Below the pieces are notes generated by a model that did no database searches, was not told the DNA's origin, and was given only the letters and a program-made list of their open reading frames with translations. A stretch of DNA of 55,368 bases from a virus (lineage: Duplodnaviria; Caudoviricetes), in the IMG/VR virus record IMGVR_UViG_3300047294_000129, positions 1 through 55,368 of that record, one strand, 5' to 3'. Position numbers and translations under genes: made by a program. This document shows, piece by piece, positions 1-9,435 of this stretch. The stretch's first letter is position 1. Each line of letters opens with the position of its first letter.

Positions 1-27
1 TGCTGTGGCAGCAAGCTCCCCCGTGAT
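1..27. repeat. Terminal direct repeat (identical to 55342-55368); circular assembly overlap
   Basis: TGCTGTGGCAGCAAGCTCCCCCGTGAT at both ends; an ORF reads in frame through the junction. Confidence 0.95.
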
Positions 28-1713
28 TCCTAAGCCTTTTAGGAATGCGGTGATCGGGGTGCCGGGGGGCAGCATCGCCATGGCCGCAAACAGCGACTGG
101 AACCCTGACAAAACAGCGCCTGACGTATCCCCGCTCCGATACCTTTGCACGGCCTCAGCAGCCGTCAATGGCGCGGCTATGCCACCCAGAGTGCCTATGG
201 TCTTGCCTGCATACTTTTGGGCCATCTCGCCAACCTTACCAAGCCCTGATGGCGCGTTGGACTTGGCTTCATTGAGCGCGTCCATGGCAGCCTGCGTGTT
301 GGCCTGCGCTTTGATGGTGCCTGCCTCTGTGTTGGTTTGCGTGAGCGCCCTGTTTTTCTCTATCAAAGCCCTGATCCGTTCCGCGTTTTCTAAGCTTGCC
401 TTTGCGTCTGCGGCTCTTTTTTGGGCAGCCAGCAAAGCCTGACGGCGAGCTTTTTCGGCAACTTCGTTTCTGCGTAACTCTTCTGCGGCCAGTTCTGGGG
501 GCAGCGCGAGTTGGCCCGGCTGCGGTGTCGTAAGCTGGTAATTACTCAAACCCATCTTAGAAAGCTTTTGCTTGGCTGCGGCGTTTTGATTGATGATCGA
601 TTGACCGCCAGTCGGGTTGTTTGACCGCATGTTGTCGGCCATGGTTTTTTGATTGAACGGCAGATCGTCGCCACCAAGCGTATTCACATACTTTTGCGCA
701 CCGCGAAGATCTGGGGCCGCTTTACGTTGAATATCATCCTCAAGGCCTGTGACCAGCTTATTCATGGCATCCAGCTTGGCTTGCCGCTTTTGAACCGTGT
801 CGTTAATTTCCGCGTAGGTTTTGTCAATTGCTTGCGTAAGCTGCGGCTTAGCCAACTGAGTTGCAGCCTGTTGCGTTTTGGCATCAGTCAAATTGATCTG
901 CGCTCTGTTTACGTTATCCCGCATGGCTTGCGCGGCATCTAAGCCCGCTTGGCCTGTTTTGTAACCTGCAACTGCGCCAAGCCCTGTTGCTGCGGCAACC
1001 TCGGGGTTTTCGTTAATTGTCTGCATGCCAGAAGAAATTGCATCTTCCGCTTGACCAAGCAAAGTTTTTGGCTCTTGCTCTGGCTCTTGCACAGGTGGTG
1101 GAGGCTGCCCAACAGCGTCGTTTTCGTCAACCGCCCCAAACATGCTCTCAGTGTCAATTGCGTCTGCTGGCGCGGTCTGCGGCGCAGGTGCTGCACCATC
1201 TGCATTTTGCGTGTCATCGCTTGGCAAAGATCCAAAATCGATTGGTGCGCTTTTCTTTTCCGAAACGTTAATCAGTCCAGTTGCGTCGGTGTTTCGTAAA
1301 GCGTCAATGTCTTCTAAGAACCCCCGCGTCTCTGGCAGCAGGGCGTTGAAATCTTCGCCACCCTCCATGAATTTTTTTGTTCTTGCGGTGGTTGTGTTGT
1401 AGTTTGCCAGTGCAGCACGTGTGTTGCCGTTGTAATTTATCAAATTGTCTTTGAGAATTCTTACGCCAAGCTCGACGTTCTTTTCAACGTCATAAAGATC
1501 TTTTGCGTCGTACCCGTACGCTTTGCCTGTTACGGGCAAGATTTGCATTGGGCCAATGGCACCTTTTTCAGACACGCCCTTTGGTTTAAACCTGTTTTCA
1601 ACATAGGCAAGGGCCAAGGCTAACTCAGGATCAACACCTGCCTCACGCGCTTTTTGTGCCACCAGTTTCGCTACCTTGCGTTGGCTTTCCGATAGGTTTT
1701 CAAAGTCTTCCAT
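1..1713 (-). CDS. Internal virion protein with N-terminal lytic transglycosylase (SLT) domain; 5' part of a ~605-aa ORF continuing at 55341..55237
   Basis: Manual translation from ATG 1713: MEDFENLSESQRKVAKLVAQKAREAGVDPELALALAYVENRFKPKGVSEKGAIGPMQILP...RAALANYN. Catalytic E, GxMQ and AxYN-type motifs present; no in-frame stop to position 1; ATG overlaps the upstream stop. Confidence 0.9.
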   Translation of the reverse strand, partial: MEDFENLSESQRKVAKLVAQKAREAGVDPELALALAYVENRFKPKGVSEKGAIGPMQILPVTGKAYGYDAKDLYDVEKNVELGVRILKDNLINYNGNTRAALANYNTTTARTKKFMEGGEDFNALLPETRGFLEDIDALRNTDATGLINVSEKKSAPIDFGSLPSDDTQNADGAAPAPQTAPADAIDTESMFGAVDENDAVGQPPPPVQEPEQEPKTLLGQAEDAISSGMQTINENPEVAAATGLGAVAGYKTGQAGLDAAQAMRDNVNRAQINLTDAKTQQAATQLAKPQLTQAIDKTYAEINDTVQKRQAKLDAMNKLVTGLEDDIQRKAAPDLRGAQKYVNTLGGDDLPFNQKTMADNMRSNNPTGGQSIINQNAAAKQKLSKMGLSNYQLTTPQPGQLALPPELAAEELRRNEVAEKARRQALLAAQKRAADAKASLENAERIRALIEKNRALTQTNTEAGTIKAQANTQAAMDALNEAKSNAPSGLGKVGEMAQKYAGKTIGTLGGIAAPLTAAEAVQRYRSGDTSGAVLSGFQSLFAAMAMLPPGTPITAFLKGLGITGELAATA

Positions 1714-3470
1714 TAGATTGGCCTTTTATTATTTAAAAGACGCTGCTCGAGCGGGCCAGCTTCTCTGGGATTTGCTGGAGGTTGCGCTTTATTCTGGTTG
1801 GCGGGAGCGGCAGGCTTGTTGCTTGATTTTGATCCAAAATAATGGTCGTAAAGCTTGGTCATGTGAGTGTCGTAAGCAGTGAACAACTCTTTGAACTGTG
1901 GCGATTTACGATAAAACTCTTGCGCTGTTGCGTTGGGATTTTTTTCTTCGTATTCGAAAAAAGCGTCAGAAACCATCTTGTCGTAATTTGCTCGAGCCTC
2001 GATTACCTTGGCCTTCATCGCCATTGTTACGGCTGTATCTGATAACGAGCCTGCAAGGTTACTGATCAACTTGCGTTCCGCGTCGGACACCGCTCCTTGA
2101 CCCTTAAGGAAATCTTGAGCAGCCATAAGTTGCAATGCGGATTGCGCTTGTGCGGCCATGATTGCTGCGTTGATTTCTTGTTGTGTGCCGCCAGCGTTGC
2201 GGACTGCGGTTTCGAGGCCGGGGAACGCGATCGTAGACCCACCAGCTTGCACGCCTTGCGATACCGCTTGGGCAAACGCGTTCAGCACGCCCGGCTTGTT
2301 TAGCACGCCAAACGCATTCCGCGTCGTTGGGTCAGTTGACAGCTTGTAAAGAGTCTGCGCTTGTTGCTTGGTGCTTTGAGCGCGTTGACCAGCACCATAA
2401 ATCATGGTGCGTGTTGCTTTGTTTTCGTCTGCGCGATTTGCAATTGTTGCCTTGTCTTGCTCGGCCCGATTAGCCTTATCTCGTGGGCCAAGAAACCCTG
2501 AAACTGTTCCGTCCGAACTTATGCTGACACCACCAATACCGTTTTGCGCCGCAAAGTCTGCCGCAGCCTTATCCTTTTGTTCATTGGTTGCGCCCCTCTC
2601 ATCTAGCCCCTTCATCATTGCGTCGTATTGCTTTGACTGAGCTTTTGTCATTTCAACGTCGCCAAGCACTCGATATGGGCGCTTGATTGGCATTTCAAAG
2701 TTAACTTCAAACTTGCCAGTCATTGTGTTGAACACACCTTCATTCGTCACAACAAGTGCATCTCTTTGCATTCTTGCGGTCTGACGCAGTGTGTCAGCGG
2801 CTTGAGGATTAAATATTTCCATTTGGATAACATCTTGATCCGTAATGCGCCGCATGCCTCCTGCTGGGGGCGTATCTTTGAGCGGTGGAGTAACTGCGCC
2901 TGTTGAGGTCAATGCAGCTACATTTGTTCCGCCTTGTGAAGGCGCTCCTTGTTGGCCTTGCGGCGAGGGCGCTCCCATGTCGCGGTTGTTTGCAAACGCA
3001 TACAGGGCCTGCTGCGCCATATCTTGCTTTTGCAATTCAAATTGTTTTTCAGAAAGCGTAAGGTTTGCTTGCGCAATTGCTTCTCTGCGTAGCTGCTCTT
3101 TAGTATATGCATCACTGTACGCACCAGCTATGCGGCCAAGGCCCTCGATGCCGCTTCCTGTTTTTGATGGCGTGGCGGCTTGCCGCGCAACCTCCAGCAT
3201 CACAGGGTCAAATGGTAATTTTTGACGCTGCTGTAAGGCAGCTTTCATTTTTGTTATTTGCGCATCAAGGGCTAACCTGCTGACGCGAAACTTTTCCATT
3301 TGCGCGGCAATTGGATCCATGGCTGCGGTGTCGTTTGCACCCGCCATCTCCTCGATTGCAGGCGGTAATGCACTAGCTCCTGCCGAATCTACAGGATCCG
3401 CAGGGGTTTGCGCTGATCTGTAATCAGATGATTCGTTGTTTACGCGCTCTAATGGACTTGGATTAGCCAT
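1713..3470 (-). CDS. Putative internal virion / DNA ejection protein (585 aa)
   Basis: Long Ala/Gln-rich helical ORF between the pilot-like and SLT genes; GQGAVSDAERK motif; position typical of ejectosome genes. Confidence 0.65.
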   Translation of the reverse strand: MANPSPLERVNNESSDYRSAQTPADPVDSAGASALPPAIEEMAGANDTAAMDPIAAQMEKFRVSRLALDAQITKMKAALQQRQKLPFDPVMLEVARQAATPSKTGSGIEGLGRIAGAYSDAYTKEQLRREAIAQANLTLSEKQFELQKQDMAQQALYAFANNRDMGAPSPQGQQGAPSQGGTNVAALTSTGAVTPPLKDTPPAGGMRRITDQDVIQMEIFNPQAADTLRQTARMQRDALVVTNEGVFNTMTGKFEVNFEMPIKRPYRVLGDVEMTKAQSKQYDAMMKGLDERGATNEQKDKAAADFAAQNGIGGVSISSDGTVSGFLGPRDKANRAEQDKATIANRADENKATRTMIYGAGQRAQSTKQQAQTLYKLSTDPTTRNAFGVLNKPGVLNAFAQAVSQGVQAGGSTIAFPGLETAVRNAGGTQQEINAAIMAAQAQSALQLMAAQDFLKGQGAVSDAERKLISNLAGSLSDTAVTMAMKAKVIEARANYDKMVSDAFFEYEEKNPNATAQEFYRKSPQFKELFTAYDTHMTKLYDHYFGSKSSNKPAAPANQNKAQPPANPREAGPLEQRLLNNKRPI

Positions 3471-3475
3471 AGTTT

Positions 3476-4471
3476 TTATCCTAAGATATTTCCTAATGAG
3501 TCATAAAAATTGCCTTCTTCGTCGTAATAGACGGCACCCTGTGGAATAGTTTGCTGGTCTTGAAAAACAGCGCCACCTTCCGCTTTCCTTGGTGTTTGCG
3601 AAACAGCATCTCTCAATGTTGCAATATCACCCGATGATTGAGTGCCTTCTTTGGTAAACCCTTGGTAAGTGGCTAGCAGAGCTATCATTTGCTCTAAGGG
3701 GCTTAGGCCGTATTTGCCTTGCTCGCCGGGCGCAATCGTCGTGGCCGACGACCCTGTTGGCACCTGTTGACCCGTCATCAGCGTTGCAAAATCTTTGGCC
3801 TGCGCCATTGGGTAGTCAAGTTCGTTTTGTAACTGCTTTTGCTCAAGCGCACCCATGTCCGTCATGGTCTTCAAAGCATTTGTGCCAATTTGATTTTGCG
3901 TTTGCGCTGTTTGATTTAAGGATTGACCAGCCTGCACTCCACGGGTAAGGTCGTTTTGCGCGGCAGTCATGGCGTTGTTGTAACCAGTATTGAGCGCTCC
4001 ATATTGCTTGCCCAACAAATCAGATTGAATATCAGCCAGCGTTTGGCCCTTCATCAAACCTGCCCTAGATCCGCCGAAATTACCAGACCCGATTGCGGCA
4101 GTGTCAAACATGGGCATTACGTTATCGCGCAAGTCCCTCTGGCTCAATCGCGACATTTCATCAACCACGTTTTTGGTGTACGGGTTCATGTAATTTTCAA
4201 CAATAGTATTTGCGCCTGTGTATCCGCTTTGCGTCAACATATCTTGCGCAGTTCCTGCTGATCCCGCACCTGCTTGCACCGTTTCAGGGGCCATGTTCAG
4301 GGCTTGTTGAGTAAGAGGCGACAAGCCAGCCACGCCGCCTTGCTGAACGGCGTTTTTACCCAAATTGATAATGTCTTGCTGGTAGTCCGTTAGGTACTGC
4401 GGCGCAATTGTTTGCTTTTGCTCTTCCGTTTTCAGGCTAGGTAACGGAGCACCTTGGAATAAATCAGCCAC
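3476..4471 (-). CDS. Putative DNA ejection / pilot protein (331 aa)
   Basis: Gln/Ala/Gly-rich; YMNPY...GNFGGSRAG motif resembles podovirus pilot proteins; GGAGG RBS and GTG start. Confidence 0.65.
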   Translation of the reverse strand: MADLFQGAPLPSLKTEEQKQTIAPQYLTDYQQDIINLGKNAVQQGGVAGLSPLTQQALNMAPETVQAGAGSAGTAQDMLTQSGYTGANTIVENYMNPYTKNVVDEMSRLSQRDLRDNVMPMFDTAAIGSGNFGGSRAGLMKGQTLADIQSDLLGKQYGALNTGYNNAMTAAQNDLTRGVQAGQSLNQTAQTQNQIGTNALKTMTDMGALEQKQLQNELDYPMAQAKDFATLMTGQQVPTGSSATTIAPGEQGKYGLSPLEQMIALLATYQGFTKEGTQSSGDIATLRDAVSQTPRKAEGGAVFQDQQTIPQGAVYYDEEGNFYDSLGNILG

Positions 4472-7277
4472 GAGTCACCTCCTTCAGGTATGCCAAAGGC
4501 GATTTGGCTTTTGGTGGAATTTTATCGATAGGCGCTGATCTTTTGTGAGCGCGTATTTGTTCACGAAACTTATCCAAAACTTCTGCGCCTGCTTTGTTTG
4601 ATCCGTTACCCAATGCGGCAACTAGATCGGAATCAAAAACGTACTCGCCATCCGCCAGCATGGCTGGAATGTCGTCGCTTTGACCGTCACCCTCGCCAAC
4701 AACGGCTCGACTTTCCCTGTAATCATAACGGCCTTCTACCATTGGTGGAAGCTTTTGATCGGTGCGCGGTAAGCCACCTTTTGCCATTCCGTTGACTGGG
4801 GCTGAGACACCCATAACGGCCATTGGGTCTGTTACCTTGCCGTAGGTGAAATACGGCATGTCATCAGGGTTGGTTGCCATACCACCTTCGGCCATAGATT
4901 GACCGCTTCCTCCAGCAGTGCCCAAGTCCAATCTTCCTGTTGTCGGGTCGTATCCAGTGCCCCCCATCGTGCCAACCATGCCTTCAGGCAACGGAGGGTC
5001 GGGAACAAAGTTGCTGCCCCTCGGCGATCCATAGGTATCAACAGGATCTTCATAATCACGCGCAAAGCTTGGCACGCCCAAATTTGAATAAAAGTTATCC
5101 ATTTCCATGGCGCTCGGGAATTGGTATGGAACTTTGCCTGTGTTCACAGTTCTGACCGCGCCCATTCCAAACGGAGTGGTTCGATTTGCTGGCCCTTGAA
5201 ATGCTGGCATGGTTGCATGGTTTTTTACAGCATCTCTTTTTTCATACATGTCCATAAGCTGATACAAGCCAGCTAAACCCAACCCAGCTTTAACTGCGGT
5301 GGGTGATGTCAACAAATCCTTTGCTTTGTCGAGAGTGCTTTTGTTTGGTGGCGCTGGTGTTGCTAGCGGCGGCACTGGGATATTGTTTACGGGAGTGTTA
5401 TAGCTCGAACTGTCGTTATTTGCGGCGTTGTCTGCGTAGCCAGAGCTATAGTTGTTCACAGGCGTACTGTCGTAATAGCCTGACGTATCGTTGTTTACAG
5501 GCGTGTAATAGTCAGAGGTATCGTTATTTACAGGCGTACTGTCGTAATAACCCGATGTGTCGTTGTTCGCATCTGGAGATTGGGTGTAATAATTTGAGTC
5601 GTCATTGTTTACAGGCGTGTTGTCGTAATAACTTGAACTGTCGCTATTGGTAACTTCTTCGTCCATCATATAATTTTTGTCGTAATTAGACGAACCGCCT
5701 GTATAGAACCTTGGTAACCCGCCTTTTTTCATTTGAATACTCCCGCCTTTTTTGTAATAGCCTGAACTTTCGTTGTTCACATAGTCATTAGAAGTGTCGT
5801 AATAACTGGATGAATCGTTGTTGTAATAACTAGAAGAATCATTGTTTGCGGCCATGTAGTCGTTGTACGCATCTTGCTGAGCTTGATACTCAGCTAGCTG
5901 ATTTTGATATGCCGCCTCTTCAGCTAACTGGCGATTGTATTCAGCAAGCTGCGCCTCGTAGTCAGCTTGCGCTTGCGCATAGTCTGAGCTTTCATTATTC
6001 ACTGGCGTTTCATCAGCCACGGGCGCATAACCTGAAGATTCATTATTTACAGGAACGTCATATAAATTTTTGTAATAGTTGTCGTAATAGTCTTTGTAAT
6101 ATTGCTCTTCATACGCGGCGTATTCTTCTTGAGTCATGCCGTACTGTTCCGCCAAGCTCGCGGGTGGAGTGGTGCTTGCTGGCGGAGTGTCGTAGCCTGA
6201 TGACTCGTTGTTGACTGGAATTTCATAGCCAGAGGATTCGTTATTCACTGGCACATTGGATGCATCAGCGTAATAGCTATCCATGTACTCTTGGCCGTAA
6301 TAGTCAACGTAGGATTTGTATTCGTCTGGTGTCATTCCCGCAAGTGATGCCTTTTGCAGCATGGAGTCATCAACTGGCGCAGTTGCATTTGGATAATAGC
6401 CTGACGTGTCATTATTGGCAGGCGCAGGCGACAGCGGCGATGTTTCAACTGCGCTTGGATTAGTTACTGGCGCAGTTTCGATCGCTGGCGGCGAAACAAC
6501 GCCGGGGGTCGTGTAATACCCCGAAGTTTCATTATTTGGCGGCGTGTAATAACCCGAAGTTTCGTTGTTGGTAGGCGTGTAATAGCTTGAAGTATCACTG
6601 TTGGTTGGCTCTTCTGTGGACGACAACGGACTTCCACCATTCGGCACATAACCTGAGCTATCGTTGTTTGGCGATGTGTAATAGCCAGAAGTTTCGTTAT
6701 TCGGTTCTTGTGGGATTTGTGGGCCAATAAAATTAGGATCGCTAGGGTCAGTGACTATGGGTGCTTTTGGCCCCATGAAATTGGGATCACTTGGGTTGGT
6801 CACCACAGGCTTGTAGTAGCCAGACGTTTCGTTGTTGGCAGGAAGTGTTGGCCCCCTGAAATCAGGACTGTCAGGATTTGTCACTGGCTTTACAGGTGGC
6901 AGGACAACAGAAGTGGCTGGTGCTTTTGGTGCTGTGGGGGTCGATGGGGTCGATGGCGTTGAAGGTGTTGAAGGTGTTGAAGGCTTCTTCAAATAGTCCA
7001 CCAACTTACTGCCAGCATAGATTGCGCCTGCACCAATCGCTCCTGTTTTCAATAAACTGGAAAGATTGAGGCCAGAATTGCTTGAGCCGCCGCCAGTGTC
7101 TTCGACTCGCTTTGGGCCAGTCATGGTGCCGTAAGAGGTGTCAGTGCCAGCAACTGATGTCACGGGGACATTGTTTGCGCCTGTCGTAGGCGTGAACTCT
7201 TTTAGAGTCGTTGAAGTCGCTGGCTTCTTTTGCAAATAAAGCGTGCTTCGTTTTTTTGTAAGTTTTGGATTAGCCAT
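4464..7277 (-). CDS. Repeat-rich internal virion protein (~937 aa) with C-terminal GxGDGxSDDIPAML-x-DGEYV domain
   Basis: Track ORF 4464..7355; start moved to ATG 7277 (AAGGGG RBS); about 21 NN[ED][ST]SxY repeats and five GG-type motifs. Confidence 0.75.
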   Translation of the reverse strand: MANPKLTKKRSTLYLQKKPATSTTLKEFTPTTGANNVPVTSVAGTDTSYGTMTGPKRVEDTGGGSSNSGLNLSSLLKTGAIGAGAIYAGSKLVDYLKKPSTPSTPSTPSTPSTPTAPKAPATSVVLPPVKPVTNPDSPDFRGPTLPANNETSGYYKPVVTNPSDPNFMGPKAPIVTDPSDPNFIGPQIPQEPNNETSGYYTSPNNDSSGYVPNGGSPLSSTEEPTNSDTSSYYTPTNNETSGYYTPPNNETSGYYTTPGVVSPPAIETAPVTNPSAVETSPLSPAPANNDTSGYYPNATAPVDDSMLQKASLAGMTPDEYKSYVDYYGQEYMDSYYADASNVPVNNESSGYEIPVNNESSGYDTPPASTTPPASLAEQYGMTQEEYAAYEEQYYKDYYDNYYKNLYDVPVNNESSGYAPVADETPVNNESSDYAQAQADYEAQLAEYNRQLAEEAAYQNQLAEYQAQQDAYNDYMAANNDSSSYYNNDSSSYYDTSNDYVNNESSGYYKKGGSIQMKKGGLPRFYTGGSSNYDKNYMMDEEVTNSDSSSYYDNTPVNNDDSNYYTQSPDANNDTSGYYDSTPVNNDTSDYYTPVNNDTSGYYDSTPVNNYSSGYADNAANNDSSSYNTPVNNIPVPPLATPAPPNKSTLDKAKDLLTSPTAVKAGLGLAGLYQLMDMYEKRDAVKNHATMPAFQGPANRTTPFGMGAVRTVNTGKVPYQFPSAMEMDNFYSNLGVPSFARDYEDPVDTYGSPRGSNFVPDPPLPEGMVGTMGGTGYDPTTGRLDLGTAGGSGQSMAEGGMATNPDDMPYFTYGKVTDPMAVMGVSAPVNGMAKGGLPRTDQKLPPMVEGRYDYRESRAVVGEGDGQSDDIPAMLADGEYVFDSDLVAALGNGSNKAGAEVLDKFREQIRAHKRSAPIDKIPPKAKSPLAYLKEVTRG

Positions 7278-7287
7278 TACTACCCCT

Positions 7288-9435
7288 TTATGGCGCGTAT
7301 ACAGGATTACCCTTTGTATCGAAATACAAGGGTTTGATGGTGTTGCCTTTGGCATCTACCTTAGGTGCGTTTTGAGCCAACGTGTTTTGTTGCTGAGTCG
7401 TGTATTTTGGCGGAGGTGGAGGTGCTGGCTTAGCGGTCGGAGCGCTAGCCAAAGTTGGTTTTGGAGGTGCCGCAACGGGTGGCGAGTAGCCCACTTCGCC
7501 CGGCTTCTTGGCCGCAACTGGGGTTTTAATTTCCACAGGAATGTTGTATGGATTCTTGATTGGATCAACAACAGCGCTTGTCAAATTAGACGCTGCGGGC
7601 TTGGGCGGGGCTTTTATCATGATCTCTTCCGCCGTCAGCTTTGCGTTTGGATCTGACACGTTAAACGCATCACCTGTGGTGCGAGCAGCAGGCGGTGGCG
7701 GTGGCGGAGCTTTAATCATCACCTCTTCCGCAGTCAATTTGGCGTTTGGATCCATTACGTTGAAAGCGTCGCCAGCCTTTCTTGGCGGCGGTGGAGGCGG
7801 CGGTGGAGGCTTTATAGCAGGCGGCACTGAAGGTGGAACTGGAGGCGCTTTTGGAGCCACGGGAGGTGGAGGCGGAGGCGGCGGCTTTGGTGGAGCTACT
7901 GGCGCTTTCGGTGGCGGCGGCTTGCTTGGAGGTGGCGGCTTTTTGGGTGGCGGAGGCGCAATCACCTTATTGACTTCACCCATAGCGGTTTTTGTGATGT
8001 TGGAAGCTATTGCTTGACCAATATCAGTTTGTTTAGGCGGTGCCGCAGGAGCTTTTGCCGCGTCTTGTGTTGCAGTGTTTGGAACAACGCTTGGCGCGGC
8101 GTTTGAGGTATAAGAAGATGAGTCTTTAGAGGGTTGCGTGGGTGACGACGCTGATTGGTTATAGCTTGAGCTAGTGTTGTTTGCTTGTTGCTTCAATATA
8201 TCTATCTCAGCTTTTTTGTAAACAGACTCGTTAAATTCTTCAAAAGACGTGTCCACAGCCTTTTCGTATTTATCAACCGAAGATCCAAACGATTTAGCAA
8301 AAACTTCTCGATCCGCTAGCTTTTGTTGAAAGTCTTTTTCGGCTTTTGTGTAATCATCTTTTGCAGGATTGTATTCAGTTTGAAGGAATTGTTTGTAGTC
8401 GTTTGACTCTTGCAAAAGTTCAAGTTTTCTTTTTTCGTATGTTGCGAGCGAATCTTTAGGGGCTTCATTAATTACGTAATCTATTGTATGTAATTGACCG
8501 TCAGTCATTCCGCTCGTGCCACCTTTTGCGGTTTCTTGAGATATTCTGTTTGCGGTCGCAACGGATTTGTTGTAATCATCGGCGGCTTTTTTTTCTTTTG
8601 CTCTTGCGTCGTTAACTCGTTTTTCTTTTTCTTTACTGGTTTCAAATTTTTGTTTTACCCACGCTTTTTTTTCATCTAAGTACGCCTGCGCTTTTTGCAA
8701 AGTCTCAGAATTTTTTGTTAGGTTAGTTGCAAATTGATTAACGTAATGAGCAGAGGCGGTGACAGCGGCTGAATTTGCAATTGCGTCACCAATATCTCTA
8801 CCATTCAAAATAGCAGTCGTTGCAGAGTTTGTTGCGCTAGTTACCATTTTGGTGTCTAAGTCGCCGGGGCTAAACCCGTAGCCTCCCAACTCTTTTGGCT
8901 TAGTAAGGGTCTGCGAAACATACCCTGACACTGCGCCTGCAATGGCCGCATTTCTAATTTGCTCTTCTGTGCCGCCTCTTAAATATGCGGCTGCGGCAGG
9001 CAAAGATGCATTGATTAAAACTTGCTTGTAAAGGTCTTTGCTTTGCACGTTTGCGCCAACGTAAGACAGGCCCAAATTGATTGCAGCATCTTTCCAGTCG
9101 CCGCCATTGAGAACAGACACAGCCGCGTTTGCAATTGGGTAAGGCACGCCAACTGCCGTCAAGCCAATACTTACAATTGTTGGAATAGGATTTTTTGCTA
9201 TGGCCTTTGCAGTTGCATAAAGAGATGCCGCAGTTTTTACTGTGGTGCTTTTTGCAAACTCAGCGACTTTTTTACCAGCGTTAACAACTGACGTTCCTGC
9301 GCTTTTTGCGCCTTTTAGCAAATCTTTGACATCGCTAACAACAGCATTACCAACGTCTTTTAAAGTTTGTAGTGGGTTTGATATAGCCTTAACAGGGTCT
9401 TTGACTATATTTACAAAGGTGGAGAACATTCCCAT
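7288..9435 (-). CDS. Putative internal virion protein (715 aa): hydrophobic N-terminus, coiled coil, Pro-rich C-terminus
   Basis: Long ORF tightly packed in the late operon; poly-Pro tracts; duplicated GDAFNVxDPNAKLTAEExMIKAPP. Confidence 0.7.
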   Translation of the reverse strand: MGMFSTFVNIVKDPVKAISNPLQTLKDVGNAVVSDVKDLLKGAKSAGTSVVNAGKKVAEFAKSTTVKTAASLYATAKAIAKNPIPTIVSIGLTAVGVPYPIANAAVSVLNGGDWKDAAINLGLSYVGANVQSKDLYKQVLINASLPAAAAYLRGGTEEQIRNAAIAGAVSGYVSQTLTKPKELGGYGFSPGDLDTKMVTSATNSATTAILNGRDIGDAIANSAAVTASAHYVNQFATNLTKNSETLQKAQAYLDEKKAWVKQKFETSKEKEKRVNDARAKEKKAADDYNKSVATANRISQETAKGGTSGMTDGQLHTIDYVINEAPKDSLATYEKRKLELLQESNDYKQFLQTEYNPAKDDYTKAEKDFQQKLADREVFAKSFGSSVDKYEKAVDTSFEEFNESVYKKAEIDILKQQANNTSSSYNQSASSPTQPSKDSSSYTSNAAPSVVPNTATQDAAKAPAAPPKQTDIGQAIASNITKTAMGEVNKVIAPPPPKKPPPPSKPPPPKAPVAPPKPPPPPPPPVAPKAPPVPPSVPPAIKPPPPPPPPPRKAGDAFNVMDPNAKLTAEEVMIKAPPPPPPAARTTGDAFNVSDPNAKLTAEEIMIKAPPKPAASNLTSAVVDPIKNPYNIPVEIKTPVAAKKPGEVGYSPPVAAPPKPTLASAPTAKPAPPPPPKYTTQQQNTLAQNAPKVDAKGNTIKPLYFDTKGNPVYAP

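Noticed and set aside
5395-6845. Repeat region as a CRISPR array or DGR
   Set aside because: Repeats are in frame, degenerate at synonymous sites and irregularly spaced; no cas or reverse transcriptase gene is present.
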